Source: a virus
Taxonomy: Duplodnaviria; Heunggongvirae; Uroviricota; Caudoviricetes
IMG/VR virus record: IMGVR_UViG_3300014204_000008
Span: 34,837 to 98,836 of that record
Reading direction: 5' to 3' (one strand)
DNA: 64,000 nt
The notes beneath the pieces were generated by a model that had not been told where the DNA came from, made no database searches, and worked only from the letters and a program-made list of their open reading frames with translations. Shown here one piece after another: positions 18,625 through 27,796 of this stretch. Within the stretch, counting starts at the first letter, position 1. Each line of letters opens with the position of its first letter. The translations under genes and the position numbers were made by a program.

Positions 18625-18983
18625 TGTTTAATTTTAAGTATTATTAGAGGTGCTAACGCTTTCTGATGCATCCGATTCAGTCACTCTTCCAAGACGACTT
18701 CCTTGCCAAATCCTTCTCAACTCTTCAGGAGATATAATGTCCCTTGTACTGGTACGTAATACTGTCGATGGTCTAGTTGATCTAGTCGGTCTATCACTTG
18801 AAGAAGGTCTAGATGGTATATCACTTGAAGAAGGTGCATAATCCCAACCATCTGACTGTCTTCCTGGACTTGCTTGATAAATAAAAGAATATTGATCAGC
18901 TAACGATCGTAAACCGTATTCTATCGCTTCTCCGTGAGATTCTGGTAAGCCGGAAAAAACGGAGAAAACGCCACAATAAGATT

Positions 18984-19529
18984 TTAAAGATTGTTTGGAA
19001 GTTCTTTTTTTTTTACCTGTTCTTCAAGAAATTTCTCCAACGAACTCCTTTCGATTATTTCGAAGACGTACCGAGAATAGAAAGGGAATGTCGTAATGAA
19101 GTTTCTATTTACATCTACCAGAAAACGATTAACTCTATCCTCGTCGGTACGTTTTTTTAAAGTTCCAATGAATTCAGAGATAAACTTTCGTTTAGCATCC
19201 AAGTCTGAACGAGATTTCAATGGAAGTAAAATATCTAGAGATGGGCCAGGCTTAACAGCATCCTTATTCTCAACGAGAAACTCAGAAACAGATGCAACGA
19301 ACTTCTCAAGGAACAATTCTACGATGTCCGAATTTGACTGAAGATCGAATGAAAAAGCGAAAGGGTACTCCTTTTCATCGAAGATCGGTTTTACCTCAAC
19401 AAGGATATTCCCTTGCATATTGATAAAAGCGAGAAATGGGGTTGGCTCATATGCCGCCTCCACAGAAAGATCATGTGGCACGACAAGTCTACCTGGACTA
19501 AGGGTTAACCATTTATGCTTCATGTTCAT
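18984..19529 (-). CDS. hypothetical protein (181 aa)
   Basis: ORF downstream of promoter copy 19550-19578. Confidence 0.5.
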   Translation of the reverse strand: MNMKHKWLTLSPGRLVVPHDLSVEAAYEPTPFLAFINMQGNILVEVKPIFDEKEYPFAFSFDLQSNSDIVELFLEKFVASVSEFLVENKDAVKPGPSLDILLPLKSRSDLDAKRKFISEFIGTLKKRTDEDRVNRFLVDVNRNFITTFPFYSRYVFEIIERSSLEKFLEEQVKKKELPNNL

Positions 19530-19549
19530 AGGTATTTTTTATTATCTTC

Positions 19550-19578
19550 ATCATAGCATATATCTCGACACTTGTCAA
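19550..19578 (-). promoter_or_regulatory. sigma70-type promoter, family copy
   Basis: Minus strand reads acTTGACAagtgtcgagatatatgcTATGAT. Confidence 0.55.
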
Positions 19579-20384
19579 GTACCTAACTGTGGATATAATA
19601 CCTTGATAAGTCTTTCTTCTAAAGTTCCTGCATTGTGCAGTTGGCGACAACGTTCTCGTGAGATATCCAAGATCGCTGAAATGTCTCTTCTTGAATACAC
19701 CTTCCCATTGATCGTATAGACGTACCTAGATCTGTTTGTCTTTAAACCAACAGGTGGGTTGATAGTCCATTTAAAATTCTTAGGACCTAATGGCTTCGAA
19801 TCATCTTTTTGGATTAAATAAACTCGTTGATACCCTGTAGCTGATCTATCACCAAATGGATATGATTCGAATGTATCATCTGCAAACTGTACGAAATTCC
19901 ACCATTCCTCAGGAAGACGTTTGATGTGCTTAAGATGTGTCCAGAACTTCCAAAAAGCTGTTCCAGAAAGCCCATGTGTTGTTTTCGAATCCGTATTGCC
20001 ACAACCGCAACTTTGGCTTAAACCCCTTATAATGTTAGATTCTCTAAAGTCTCTAATAATTCCGCAATCACATTTACACTTCCAATATGAATAACCTTGA
20101 GAAGAATTTTTTCCTTTTCTCATTCCAGCCCATGCTAAGACGAGAAGTCTTCCAAATCTCTCACCAACCAAATCTGACCGTCTACATCTCTTAAGAGATT
20201 TTAACTTCAAGCAACCACAGCTACGTTTCGTTCTCGTCTCATACGCATACTTTTTGACATTAAGAACTTTTCCACATTCACATCGACATCGAAGATACCC
20301 ATTACGAGTCGCTTCCCGAAGCACTGTTAAATAGGTTTCCATTTTTCGTCTTTCGCGTGTAGGAATAGAAATAATTTTTGTCAT
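19575..20384 (-). CDS. Cys-rich protein with two CxCxCG ... SCGC modules
   Basis: CRCECGKV ... SCGCL and CKCDCGII ... SCGCG. Confidence 0.5.
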   Translation of the reverse strand: MTKIISIPTRERRKMETYLTVLREATRNGYLRCRCECGKVLNVKKYAYETRTKRSCGCLKLKSLKRCRRSDLVGERFGRLLVLAWAGMRKGKNSSQGYSYWKCKCDCGIIRDFRESNIIRGLSQSCGCGNTDSKTTHGLSGTAFWKFWTHLKHIKRLPEEWWNFVQFADDTFESYPFGDRSATGYQRVYLIQKDDSKPLGPKNFKWTINPPVGLKTNRSRYVYTINGKVYSRRDISAILDISRERCRQLHNAGTLEERLIKVLYPQLGT

Positions 20385-20390
20385 ATCATT

Positions 20391-21350
20391 CTATTTCTTA
20401 AGCATCCTCTCTCGAATTCGATAGAATTGCGATTTCTTAATACCGAGATGACCGCAGATCTTCGTAACATCACGAATACCTTTAGAGATGAGATCTTTAA
20501 TACCAGATACACGCTTCTTAAAGATATCGTCATTTCGTTCCTTCATCGTTTTATAAGAAGGAGCAGGCAATGATGCTTGAGTAACAGCATTCATAATTCC
20601 TCCAAAATGTTTTTGATATGTCCCATAAGAAGGAATAAGCCCTGAAACACAATCTGAAATTGATGGGATTCGATTATGCTGACGATAGAAATTCCTAATA
20701 GCATCCAACAACTGATCATCTGTATATCTCCAAGACGACTTCAATGAATGACCTCCAACCTTATTTGGTTCGAAACCGGCTGCTCGTACAGCATTTGTCC
20801 ATGACCCAAACACGCGAACAAACGTGCCTTGCGAAGAATTAAAATCTCTACTCGAAGGCACTCTACCATGTTCGCGATGAAACTCCTTAATTCGGTTTAA
20901 AAGTTGAAGATAACAGGTACCCTTTACATTCTTTGTCTCAAACCGCGTTTCCCAATTCTTCTTCATCTCTTCAGAAATCTTTCTCTTCGTTGCTTCTGTA
21001 TGCGGTGTTGAATGAGACCGAAGATTCGCAAGACATGCATCTTGATGAACATGCACAAGCTTCGCTCGCTCCTGATCAGAAATAAGAATCGTCTTCTTAT
21101 TAAGGCCGACAAGATCTCGATACTGAGCCGTATTCATATTATGCTCTCGATGTATATGATTCGAGAGATTCGGATACCACTCACCACAAAAATGACACTG
21201 AAGATCTCCAGTCTCTTCATCAGCTAATAAGACACCACGAAAACCATAGCCTCTATCGAAAGGCATAAATGGTTCTTTATAGTGGTACAGAGCTACGCTA
21301 CCACTTGGCGCATCTGGATATTCCATGAACTGTTCTCTAACTCTTTTCAT
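20391..21350 (-). CDS. homing-endonuclease-like protein (CHFC ... HxxxH zinc finger, two HNH-associated repeats, C-terminal HTH)
   Basis: Repeats HGRVPSSRDF ... FGSWTNAVRAAGF and HNRIPSISD ... FGGIMNAVTQASL. C-terminal ICGHLGIKKSQFYRIRER. Confidence 0.5.
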   Translation of the reverse strand: MKRVREQFMEYPDAPSGSVALYHYKEPFMPFDRGYGFRGVLLADEETGDLQCHFCGEWYPNLSNHIHREHNMNTAQYRDLVGLNKKTILISDQERAKLVHVHQDACLANLRSHSTPHTEATKRKISEEMKKNWETRFETKNVKGTCYLQLLNRIKEFHREHGRVPSSRDFNSSQGTFVRVFGSWTNAVRAAGFEPNKVGGHSLKSSWRYTDDQLLDAIRNFYRQHNRIPSISDCVSGLIPSYGTYQKHFGGIMNAVTQASLPAPSYKTMKERNDDIFKKRVSGIKDLISKGIRDVTKICGHLGIKKSQFYRIRERMLKK

Positions 21351-21481
21351 ATATTTTAAATTAGATTGCTTATCCTAACTATATACTCGCTTATCCCTAT
21401 CTCTATAAACGGGGCTAGGTGGGAGGGTTAATGGAAGGAACGGAGAGATAGGGATAGGTGAGTATACATACTCACCTATCC

Positions 21482-21650
21482 CTAAGAACCATTACCTAAA
21501 AATCGAATTGAAGTTCCGGTCTTTCTCTTCTTCTTTTGACAATCAGGACAATTCCACGGTCTATTGTTCCTATAAGTAAACGATTCACCACACGTTGTAC
21601 AATTCACTGTCTTCTCTTTTCCTGGAGATCTTTTTCTTGGAGCGCGCATG
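21482..21650 (-). CDS. small zinc-ribbon protein (56 aa, not in ORF track)
   Basis: MRAPRKRSPGKEKTVNCTTCGESFTYRNNRPWNCPDCQKKKRK. Confidence 0.3.
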
Positions 21651-21662
21651 TATTAGTAGAAA

Positions 21663-21920
21663 TTATTCTTCAGAATCATCTCTTGATCGCTTTCTGCGTC
21701 GTCCGGAACTTCTATCCGCATTGTCCATACGTGCTCGAAGTTCTTTTATTCGTGCGATTTCCCTCTTTTTCACGCCATCAATTCTTGCCTTCGTAGCCTG
21801 CTCAACTGACTGAATATCCTTTGGATGAAGCTTCTTATGAGTTTCCTGTCGCTTCTTTTTGTTAAGAACGCTACGTGCAAAATCATTCTTCCACTTCGTT
21901 TTTCTGCGATCTGACTTCAT
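21663..21920 (-). CDS. highly basic small protein (85 aa)
   Basis: K/R-rich. Confidence 0.45.
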   Translation of the reverse strand: MKSDRRKTKWKNDFARSVLNKKKRQETHKKLHPKDIQSVEQATKARIDGVKKREIARIKELRARMDNADRSSGRRRKRSRDDSEE

Positions 21921-21921
21921 A

Positions 21922-22341
21922 TTAGATAATGATAAATGGTTGATTATTATCTTTAAGCTTTGCTTCGAATTCCTCCTTAGTTATTTGAAGATCTTCTTCT
22001 GGACATACAATGTAGAAATACGCACGTTGATTCCCTGTACTTATAAACCACTGACTCCTTTCATAAGGATGGCTAATATCTCCATATCTATCAAAAACAT
22101 TCAGTGGAACTATATTTCTTAAATAGATATCACGAGTATCCATGCGAAATATGGTTCCAACGAGAAAATCATCTGTAAACACTGCTCCAGCATCTTCTCT
22201 TCCAGTAGGAATTCTATAATTATATCTTTCAATGATACCAGCACCGTCTGCATTAGTAATAATCTGAGTACCAGGAACTAATCTTGCTAATGCTCCAGGA
22301 TCACAAAAAAGAAACTTTTCAGATTTACGGTAAATACTCAT
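21922..22341 (-). CDS. hypothetical protein
   Basis: The track start 22353 lies upstream of the predicted TSS. ATG 22341 is 4 nt past the TSS (near leaderless). Confidence 0.5.
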   Translation of the reverse strand: MSIYRKSEKFLFCDPGALARLVPGTQIITNADGAGIIERYNYRIPTGREDAGAVFTDDFLVGTIFRMDTRDIYLRNIVPLNVFDRYGDISHPYERSQWFISTGNQRAYFYIVCPEEDLQITKEEFEAKLKDNNQPFIII

Positions 22342-22351
22342 AGGTAACGAC

Positions 22352-22380
22352 ATCCTAACACATTTCTATCTACTTGTCAA
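22352..22380 (-). promoter_or_regulatory. sigma70-type promoter, family copy
   Basis: Minus strand reads acTTGACAagtagatagaaatgtgtTAGGAT. Confidence 0.5.
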
Positions 22381-22384
22381 GTAT

Positions 22385-24604
22385 CTATTTATCAACAGAT
22401 ACCATCTTCCGTTCTATTGCAGAAAGAACAAGATTTGCGAACGTTGATTCAACAGCTTCTTCGGTACCATCGACGAGCTTCGAGATAACTCGATCTTTCG
22501 ATGAGATAATATTTTTCATAACTTCATCAATCGTTCCTTTTGAAAAAAATTGGTAGACGGAAACTGGATTCTTCTGACCGATACGATGGCATCGTGCTTC
22601 AGCCTGAGAAGCATCAGATGGACACCAGCTAAAATCTAGAAACAATACGATATGTGCATTCGTAAGTGTAATACCTGTATTCGCTGATTTAATCCCACCA
22701 AGAAAGATCTTCTTCTCAGGATCGTTTTGGAATGCTTTTACAATATCTCTACGCTCCTCATCAGCCGTTTCACCTAAGATCGTAACCGCTGAAGATCCAA
22801 AGTATTCACCTAATTGATGGATAGGATCAACAAACGATGAGAAAACGACAATCTTTTCTCCATTTTCGATAACGTCTTCAATAAATGAGATCGCAGATTT
22901 TAACTTTCCAGCAGATGCAATCTGCCGAAGAACGTTGAGCTTCACAAGCTGTTTTGCTTGGAGTGATCGCAACGCCTCTTTCGACGTTTTCTTTTTCTTC
23001 TCAACGAGAAACTTAAAAAGATCTTCTTCGGCCTGGACGTAATCAGCTTTAGCCTCTTCTGATAATTCTACGGGAACAGAGATAAGAGGAAGTTTTTCTG
23101 GAAGGTCGTCTAGAACATCTTCCTTCTTTCGACGTAAGAAGTATGGAGCAATTCTTTTACGCAATTCATCAATATTCGTAGAACCAGAAGAATCCCAACC
23201 GTACATGCCCATATGTCCTCCACAGAACTTTTTAGAAAACGACATCCAGCTTCCCCATTCTTTCGGATGAAGGATGTTCAATGGGACGAACAGCTCCGAT
23301 GGTCTATTCATGACAGGCGTCCCAGACAGAAAGAGAACATGTTCTGATGAACGTGCTAAAAACATCGCTGCTTTTGTACGCCTAGCTGCGAGTGATTTTA
23401 TCATGTGACTTTCATCAAATATGATTGCATCCCATCGAAGAACGGAAATAGGTTCAACGAACTTTCGAAGAAGATCATAGTTCACGATAAAAACATTCTT
23501 TTTCGGATCTCGAAAAACTTTTGATGGCGTCTTGGAATCAATGACAACTGGTTTCAATCTCGTCCACTTCTCAACTTCATCGTACCAGGAATATTTAACC
23601 GTAGCCGGACAAACAACAAGAACACGAGAGAAATTCTCGTGAGCAACGTATGCGAGAGATTGGAGACTCTTACCACAATTATGAACAATAAACCCATTCG
23701 CAATGAAATTCCTATCAGGATCATCCATCACAACATCATAGACATGATGCTTTCCAACACCATCAATAGAGACAATCTCACGAGCAGAACATGCTTCATC
23801 AGAATCTGGAGTAATAGATGATTCCATGAAGACTTCTTCGCCAATAGTCAATGAACTTGCTTCAACCCACTCAACATCATTTCCAAATCTCGCGACAAGA
23901 ACCTTATGATCTGGCGTGAGGATGATGCTCTTCTTCTCTTTCGCAACCTGGACCGTAATACGAATAGCATCTTTCTTCCCCTTGTCTAGAACGTCCATAA
24001 CCTGATTCAAATGAAATGGAAGAACCTTCCCTTCGAGACATGACCGAAGAAAAACCTTCTTTCCATGCCAAGCATCTTTAGAGAATTTCTCATAAAACGA
24101 AGAAAGCTTCATCTCTTCTTTTTTTGCATTCCCAATGAAAACAGAAACGATCGCATCTCCAGAGATACAACCCATTTCGTCCGCTAGGATTGCTCGCCCA
24201 TTCGCATTCAAAAGAAACTCAGTTCCAACGCGTTGATACCCATAGAGTTTCTCACCATTTTTGACATTATTTGGGACAAAATCCGTTTCTTTCTTTTCTT
24301 TCAGATACATAGCCTGATCCTTTCGAACTTCAGCCTCTTGTTGCATCAAATGATTGAGTTTCCATTTATTTCTTACCGTATCCGAAACACTTGTCGTTGG
24401 AAACTTATTCACGATAAGGGCGACAATCTCATACTGAGAAAATCTCCATACCTTGCTCGTTGCATCAAAAGAGAATTCCTTCCAACCATACTTCTCCTTG
24501 ATGAGCCTACAAAAATCCAGAAATACAACTGAAAAAGGGAACTCAAACACTAATTCGTGATAAGCCGTCTTTTCATATCGTATTTCTGGATTTAAGACCG
24601 GCAT
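22385..24604 (-). CDS. SNF2-family helicase interrupted by a mini-intein
   Basis: LYGYQ, ADEMG / CGKSLQ (motif I split), DESH motif II, LSGTP motif III, QAEARCHRIGQ motif VI. Confidence 0.85.
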   Translation of the reverse strand: MPVLNPEIRYEKTAYHELVFEFPFSVVFLDFCRLIKEKYGWKEFSFDATSKVWRFSQYEIVALIVNKFPTTSVSDTVRNKWKLNHLMQQEAEVRKDQAMYLKEKKETDFVPNNVKNGEKLYGYQRVGTEFLLNANGRAILADEMGCISGDAIVSVFIGNAKKEEMKLSSFYEKFSKDAWHGKKVFLRSCLEGKVLPFHLNQVMDVLDKGKKDAIRITVQVAKEKKSIILTPDHKVLVARFGNDVEWVEASSLTIGEEVFMESSITPDSDEACSAREIVSIDGVGKHHVYDVVMDDPDRNFIANGFIVHNCGKSLQSLAYVAHENFSRVLVVCPATVKYSWYDEVEKWTRLKPVVIDSKTPSKVFRDPKKNVFIVNYDLLRKFVEPISVLRWDAIIFDESHMIKSLAARRTKAAMFLARSSEHVLFLSGTPVMNRPSELFVPLNILHPKEWGSWMSFSKKFCGGHMGMYGWDSSGSTNIDELRKRIAPYFLRRKKEDVLDDLPEKLPLISVPVELSEEAKADYVQAEEDLFKFLVEKKKKTSKEALRSLQAKQLVKLNVLRQIASAGKLKSAISFIEDVIENGEKIVVFSSFVDPIHQLGEYFGSSAVTILGETADEERRDIVKAFQNDPEKKIFLGGIKSANTGITLTNAHIVLFLDFSWCPSDASQAEARCHRIGQKNPVSVYQFFSKGTIDEVMKNIISSKDRVISKLVDGTEEAVESTFANLVLSAIERKMVSVDK
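23678..24169 (-). mobile_element. mini-intein (about 164 aa) inside the Walker A motif of the SNF2 helicase
   Basis: CISGDAIV at the N-splice, TPDH block B, VYDVVMDDPDRNFIANGFIVHN at the C-splice followed by +1 Cys. Removal restores DEMGCGKSLQ. Too short to hold a homing endonuclease. Confidence 0.7.
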
Positions 24605-24607
24605 AGA

Positions 24608-24843
24608 CTACTTTTTCAGATCCTTCAAACGCTTATTCGATTTCTTACCATCTTCAATGGAAGATAAGAACTTTTTGACTTTTATACTATCGAAAATCCC
24701 CATACGACCGATCGTATATTCAGGTTTTAGAAGTCCAATAGACACGTAATATTGCAATTTTGTCTTCGGGAGACCAACGTCGAGAGCTATTTCTGCAAGA
24801 GACGTAAGTGATCCTTTAGATGAAGAAGTATTTTTTGACATAG
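24608..24843 (-). CDS. small HTH protein (MerR-like)
   Basis: SLAEIALDVGLPKTKLQYYVSIGLL. Start moved to ATG 24843, downstream of promoter copy 24884-24912. Confidence 0.45.
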
Positions 24844-24883
24844 TTATAATTATCCCAATAACAAAGCCCCAAATCTTGGGTAG

Positions 24884-24912
24884 AGCATAGCATATTTCTA
24901 GATACTTGTCAA
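24884..24912 (-). promoter_or_regulatory. sigma70-type promoter, family copy
   Basis: Minus strand reads agTTGACAagtatctagaaatatgcTATGCT. Confidence 0.55.
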
Positions 24913-24986
24913 CTGATGTATCCACTATTCGACGCACGAGAAAAAATCTGCTATGCTGAATAGCAAACATTCATACTCACAACTAT

Positions 24987-25292
24987 ATGCAAAATGGACA
25001 GGAATTCATGCAGACACCAGAGATTTTCTCTACCAGAGATATCAAACTCGCCTCAACGCTCATGACATTGGGTTTTCCACTCGTCGGAATCGACTACCAG
25101 CGAGAAGGAACGAAGCCTCAAGCTGTTGGATATTTCAAGTTTAAACAGACAGATGCCCTAGAAGATGTGAAGATTGGCCATATGCAAGATCGCTACATGT
25201 TCCGTCGCCTCCTTGAGAACGTAAACGCATTACGTGCCGAGGTGACGAACATGAAATTGAACCCAAATTCCCAACAAAACGAGAGATCCTAA
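24987..25292 (+). CDS. hypothetical protein (101 aa)
   Basis: ORF divergent from the - strand block. Confidence 0.45.
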   Translation: MQNGQEFMQTPEIFSTRDIKLASTLMTLGFPLVGIDYQREGTKPQAVGYFKFKQTDALEDVKIGHMQDRYMFRRLLENVNALRAEVTNMKLNPNSQQNERS

Positions 25293-25296
25293 ACCA

Positions 25297-25330
25297 TTGA
25301 CGGATGTGGAAATCTGTGGTAATGTGTCGC
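25297..25330 (+). promoter_or_regulatory. sigma70-like promoter (TTGACG, 17 nt, TAATGT)
   Basis: cATTGACGgatgtggaaatctgtggTAATGT. Confidence 0.4.
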
Positions 25331-25416
25331 TGTAGAAAAAAAACATTTACGTTGTAGCGTTTAAATGGAAAAGATGATCGTCATCTGCTTGCAAGGATGA
25401 AGATCCCTGACCCGTC

Positions 25417-25461
25417 TCACGCTACAAAGTGAGACGGGTCTTCTTTATCCTAAAAAAACAA
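25417..25461 (+). terminator. intrinsic terminator (GACCCGTCTCAC-GCTACAAA-GTGAGACGGGTC then TTCTTT)
   Basis: Perfect 12-bp GC-rich stem with a T-rich tail. Confidence 0.6.
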
Positions 25462-25490
25462 AAATTACGCTAAGTTAAGCGAAGAATTAT

Positions 25491-26354
25491 ATGGCATCAA
25501 TCAAGTTTCAGAAAGGAAATTTCATTACAGTTCCGAACAAAGCATCACTGAGAGGACTGCCTGCCGCGTTACAAATCGTTTATATGTGGATTTGTGACTA
25601 TGCAGATAATGATGGAAAATGCTTCCCATCATACACTCGATTGGCCGAAGATGCTGGAATCCATAGGGCAACAGCGATCGAAAATATAAAAAAACTCGTA
25701 GAAATAGGCATATTGAAAATAGAAAAGCGAGTCCGCAAAGATGGCGGATACTCAAGTAATGAGTTTACAATTCTATTGAAAGAAACTAAAGCAATTAATC
25801 TTTCAAAAAACGAAATTTGTGATGAAAAAGAACCAGGGGGGGAGTCGTCCTACGCTACTACCCCAGGTCGTCCTACGCTACTACCCCAGGTCGCCACAGA
25901 CGACTACCTATATAAGGAACTATCTATTAACTCAATCCATAAGGAACAAGTGAACCCTATAGTCCCTTCGCTTTCGGTTCCGCCTCCGGCTGCGCCTTCG
26001 TCTCCTCCGAAAGCTCGGAGTGCGAGCGAGAACGAGATGAAGAAAAGATTAGACGATGATGAATTAGAAATTAGCTTTAAGACATTTTGGGATTTGTATC
26101 CTCGTCATGAAGCGCGGAAGGTTGCGTGGACGCGTTGGAAGAAGCTAAACATAAGTGCCAGCGAACTCTCGTTAATTCTTGGGGCTTTGGAAAAGTTCAA
26201 AAGAACAAAGCAGTGGAAGGACAATGGGGGGCAATTCATTCCTCACGCCGCCACATGGCTCAACCAAGAGCGATGGAAAGATGACTTGAAAATTAGAGAT
26301 CCTTTGGGCTTAGAAACAGATTTTTCTAAGTTTGATCAGATTAAAATCAATTAA
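25491..26354 (+). CDS. replication initiator / replisome organiser (winged-HTH N-terminus)
   Basis: FPSYTRLAEDAGIHRATAIENIKKLVEIGIL has DnaD/phage replication protein-like HTH character. Internal 23-bp tandem repeat. Directly upstream of the DnaC-like loader. Confidence 0.55.
   Translation: MASIKFQKGNFITVPNKASLRGLPAALQIVYMWICDYADNDGKCFPSYTRLAEDAGIHRATAIENIKKLVEIGILKIEKRVRKDGGYSSNEFTILLKETKAINLSKNEICDEKEPGGESSYATTPGRPTLLPQVATDDYLYKELSINSIHKEQVNPIVPSLSVPPPAAPSSPPKARSASENEMKKRLDDDELEISFKTFWDLYPRHEARKVAWTRWKKLNISASELSLILGALEKFKRTKQWKDNGGQFIPHAATWLNQERWKDDLKIRDPLGLETDFSKFDQIKIN
25849..25897 (+). repeat. 23-bp perfect tandem direct repeat (GTCGTCCTACGCTACTACCCCAG x2) inside the replication-initiator gene
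   Basis: Seen directly. Unit length is not a multiple of 3. Followed by AT-rich sequence with TAAGGAAC x2. Confidence 0.6.
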
Positions 26355-26358
26355 ATCT

Positions 26359-26931
26359 ATGAAAAATATAGGGGCTAGGTACGCATTAGCAAAACTTGAG
26401 GACGTTCAAGAAAATATCAGAGAACGCTTTAAAAACATAGAAAAAACAAGAAAAGGCTTATTCATCTTCGGTCCGGTCGGTTCTGGAAAGACGCATACGG
26501 CTTGTGCTTTATACAAAAACGCTCGTTTAAAAATACAGAAAAAAACGACTTGGGGCGAAGAAACGGAGGTTATCGTTGAACCGATTTTCTGGAATGTTTC
26601 GGAACTATTCCATGAACTAAGAAGTGATTTTGATCGTCAACAAGGTCAAAAAATGCATATCGAGGATCAAATAATGCAGCATAAAGGAATCTTATTTTTG
26701 GATGATATTGGTTCGGAAAAGGTCTCAGATTGGGTTTTAGAGACGTTTTATCTCATCATCAACAGCCGATACAACGAGATGTCTCCGATTATTTTCACGT
26801 CAAATTTCAACATTGGCGAAATAGCCACTCGACTAGGTGAACGAATTGCATCCCGCATTGTTGAATCTTGTGACATTTTTCGACTGGATGGTGATGACAG
26901 ACGTTTAGGTGCCTCTAGGAATGCATCCTGA
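26359..26931 (+). CDS. DnaC/IstB-like helicase loader ATPase
   Basis: Walker A GPVGSGKTH and Walker B ILFLDDIGSE. Start moved to ATG 26359 (track start is TTG). Confidence 0.7.
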   Translation: MKNIGARYALAKLEDVQENIRERFKNIEKTRKGLFIFGPVGSGKTHTACALYKNARLKIQKKTTWGEETEVIVEPIFWNVSELFHELRSDFDRQQGQKMHIEDQIMQHKGILFLDDIGSEKVSDWVLETFYLIINSRYNEMSPIIFTSNFNIGEIATRLGERIASRIVESCDIFRLDGDDRRLGASRNAS

Positions 26932-27034
26932 GGCCCAAAATTGACTTCTAATGCCTCTTACACCCTATTTAGGTATCAGATAGCCATTTAAGATTTAAGA
27001 CGCCTTAGAAAGGCAAATAGAGGCATAAAACGAT

Positions 27035-27421
27035 ATGACGATAATTGAAGAGAAAATTACGAAGGTTTTGCTAGATCTTCAGCTTAATCCAGAAGACAAG
27101 TTCGGTTTCCGTTCTTTAACAGAAGCAAAAGCCCATAAGCGCAATGATAATGTGAATGAAATTGCTGTATTTAAGTTAAGTCTCCATCTCGAAGAAGCTT
27201 TAGAGACTGGGAATGGAAACCCATTAAAAGTAAAGTCTGCTAGATGTCCAGCATGGAGAGCGGATAACTTCTATGAAGGTCTAGGAAATTCGTACGAACA
27301 CCTTCGTTGTAATCGTTCATGTTTTGTTCTTGAAAAGAATGGGCGCAGGACGAAAAGAATCTTCTGTCCAGCTTGTGGCTATCTCGGTGAATTTTTCTCA
27401 ATTAACATAAAAAAGATGTAA
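27035..27421 (+). CDS. hypothetical protein with C-terminal CPACG zinc ribbon
   Basis: ORF. Confidence 0.45.
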   Translation: MTIIEEKITKVLLDLQLNPEDKFGFRSLTEAKAHKRNDNVNEIAVFKLSLHLEEALETGNGNPLKVKSARCPAWRADNFYEGLGNSYEHLRCNRSCFVLEKNGRRTKRIFCPACGYLGEFFSINIKKM

Positions 27422-27424
27422 TTT

Positions 27425-27602
27425 ATGAAAAAGAAATCACTCAAGAAAAGACAGATGGAGTTAACTTCGATCCAATGTATCGAACGCACGTATGATCTGA
27501 ATGGACGGTGCATTTTTGAAAAAATAGAACTCTATTCGCCTAATAAAAAAGAAGATGATGAAAAAGTCGTAGGTTTCAGAAATAATCATAAGAAAAAATA
27601 GT
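27425..27602 (+). CDS. small basic protein (58 aa, not in ORF track)
   Basis: ATG 4 nt after the previous stop. Confidence 0.3.
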
Positions 27603-27788
27603 ATGCCACGTCATCGACCTTTTGCAGATATTGAGTTCATCAAGTGGGAAACATGCCCAAAGTGGGTACGAGATGGGAAGAAGTACCTTGAGAAGGAAAT
27701 GCCACCATGCTCACATTACGCACCTAACTGCGTTGTTTGTGAAGCGTGGATCGGATTTATGAGGATCGCTTCACTTCTCGAAAAATAA
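27603..27788 (+). CDS. small Cys-rich protein (61 aa)
   Basis: ORF. Confidence 0.35.
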   Translation: MPRHRPFADIEFIKWETCPKWVRDGKKYLEKEMPPCSHYAPNCVVCEAWIGFMRIASLLEK

Positions 27789-27796
27789 TAATAATA

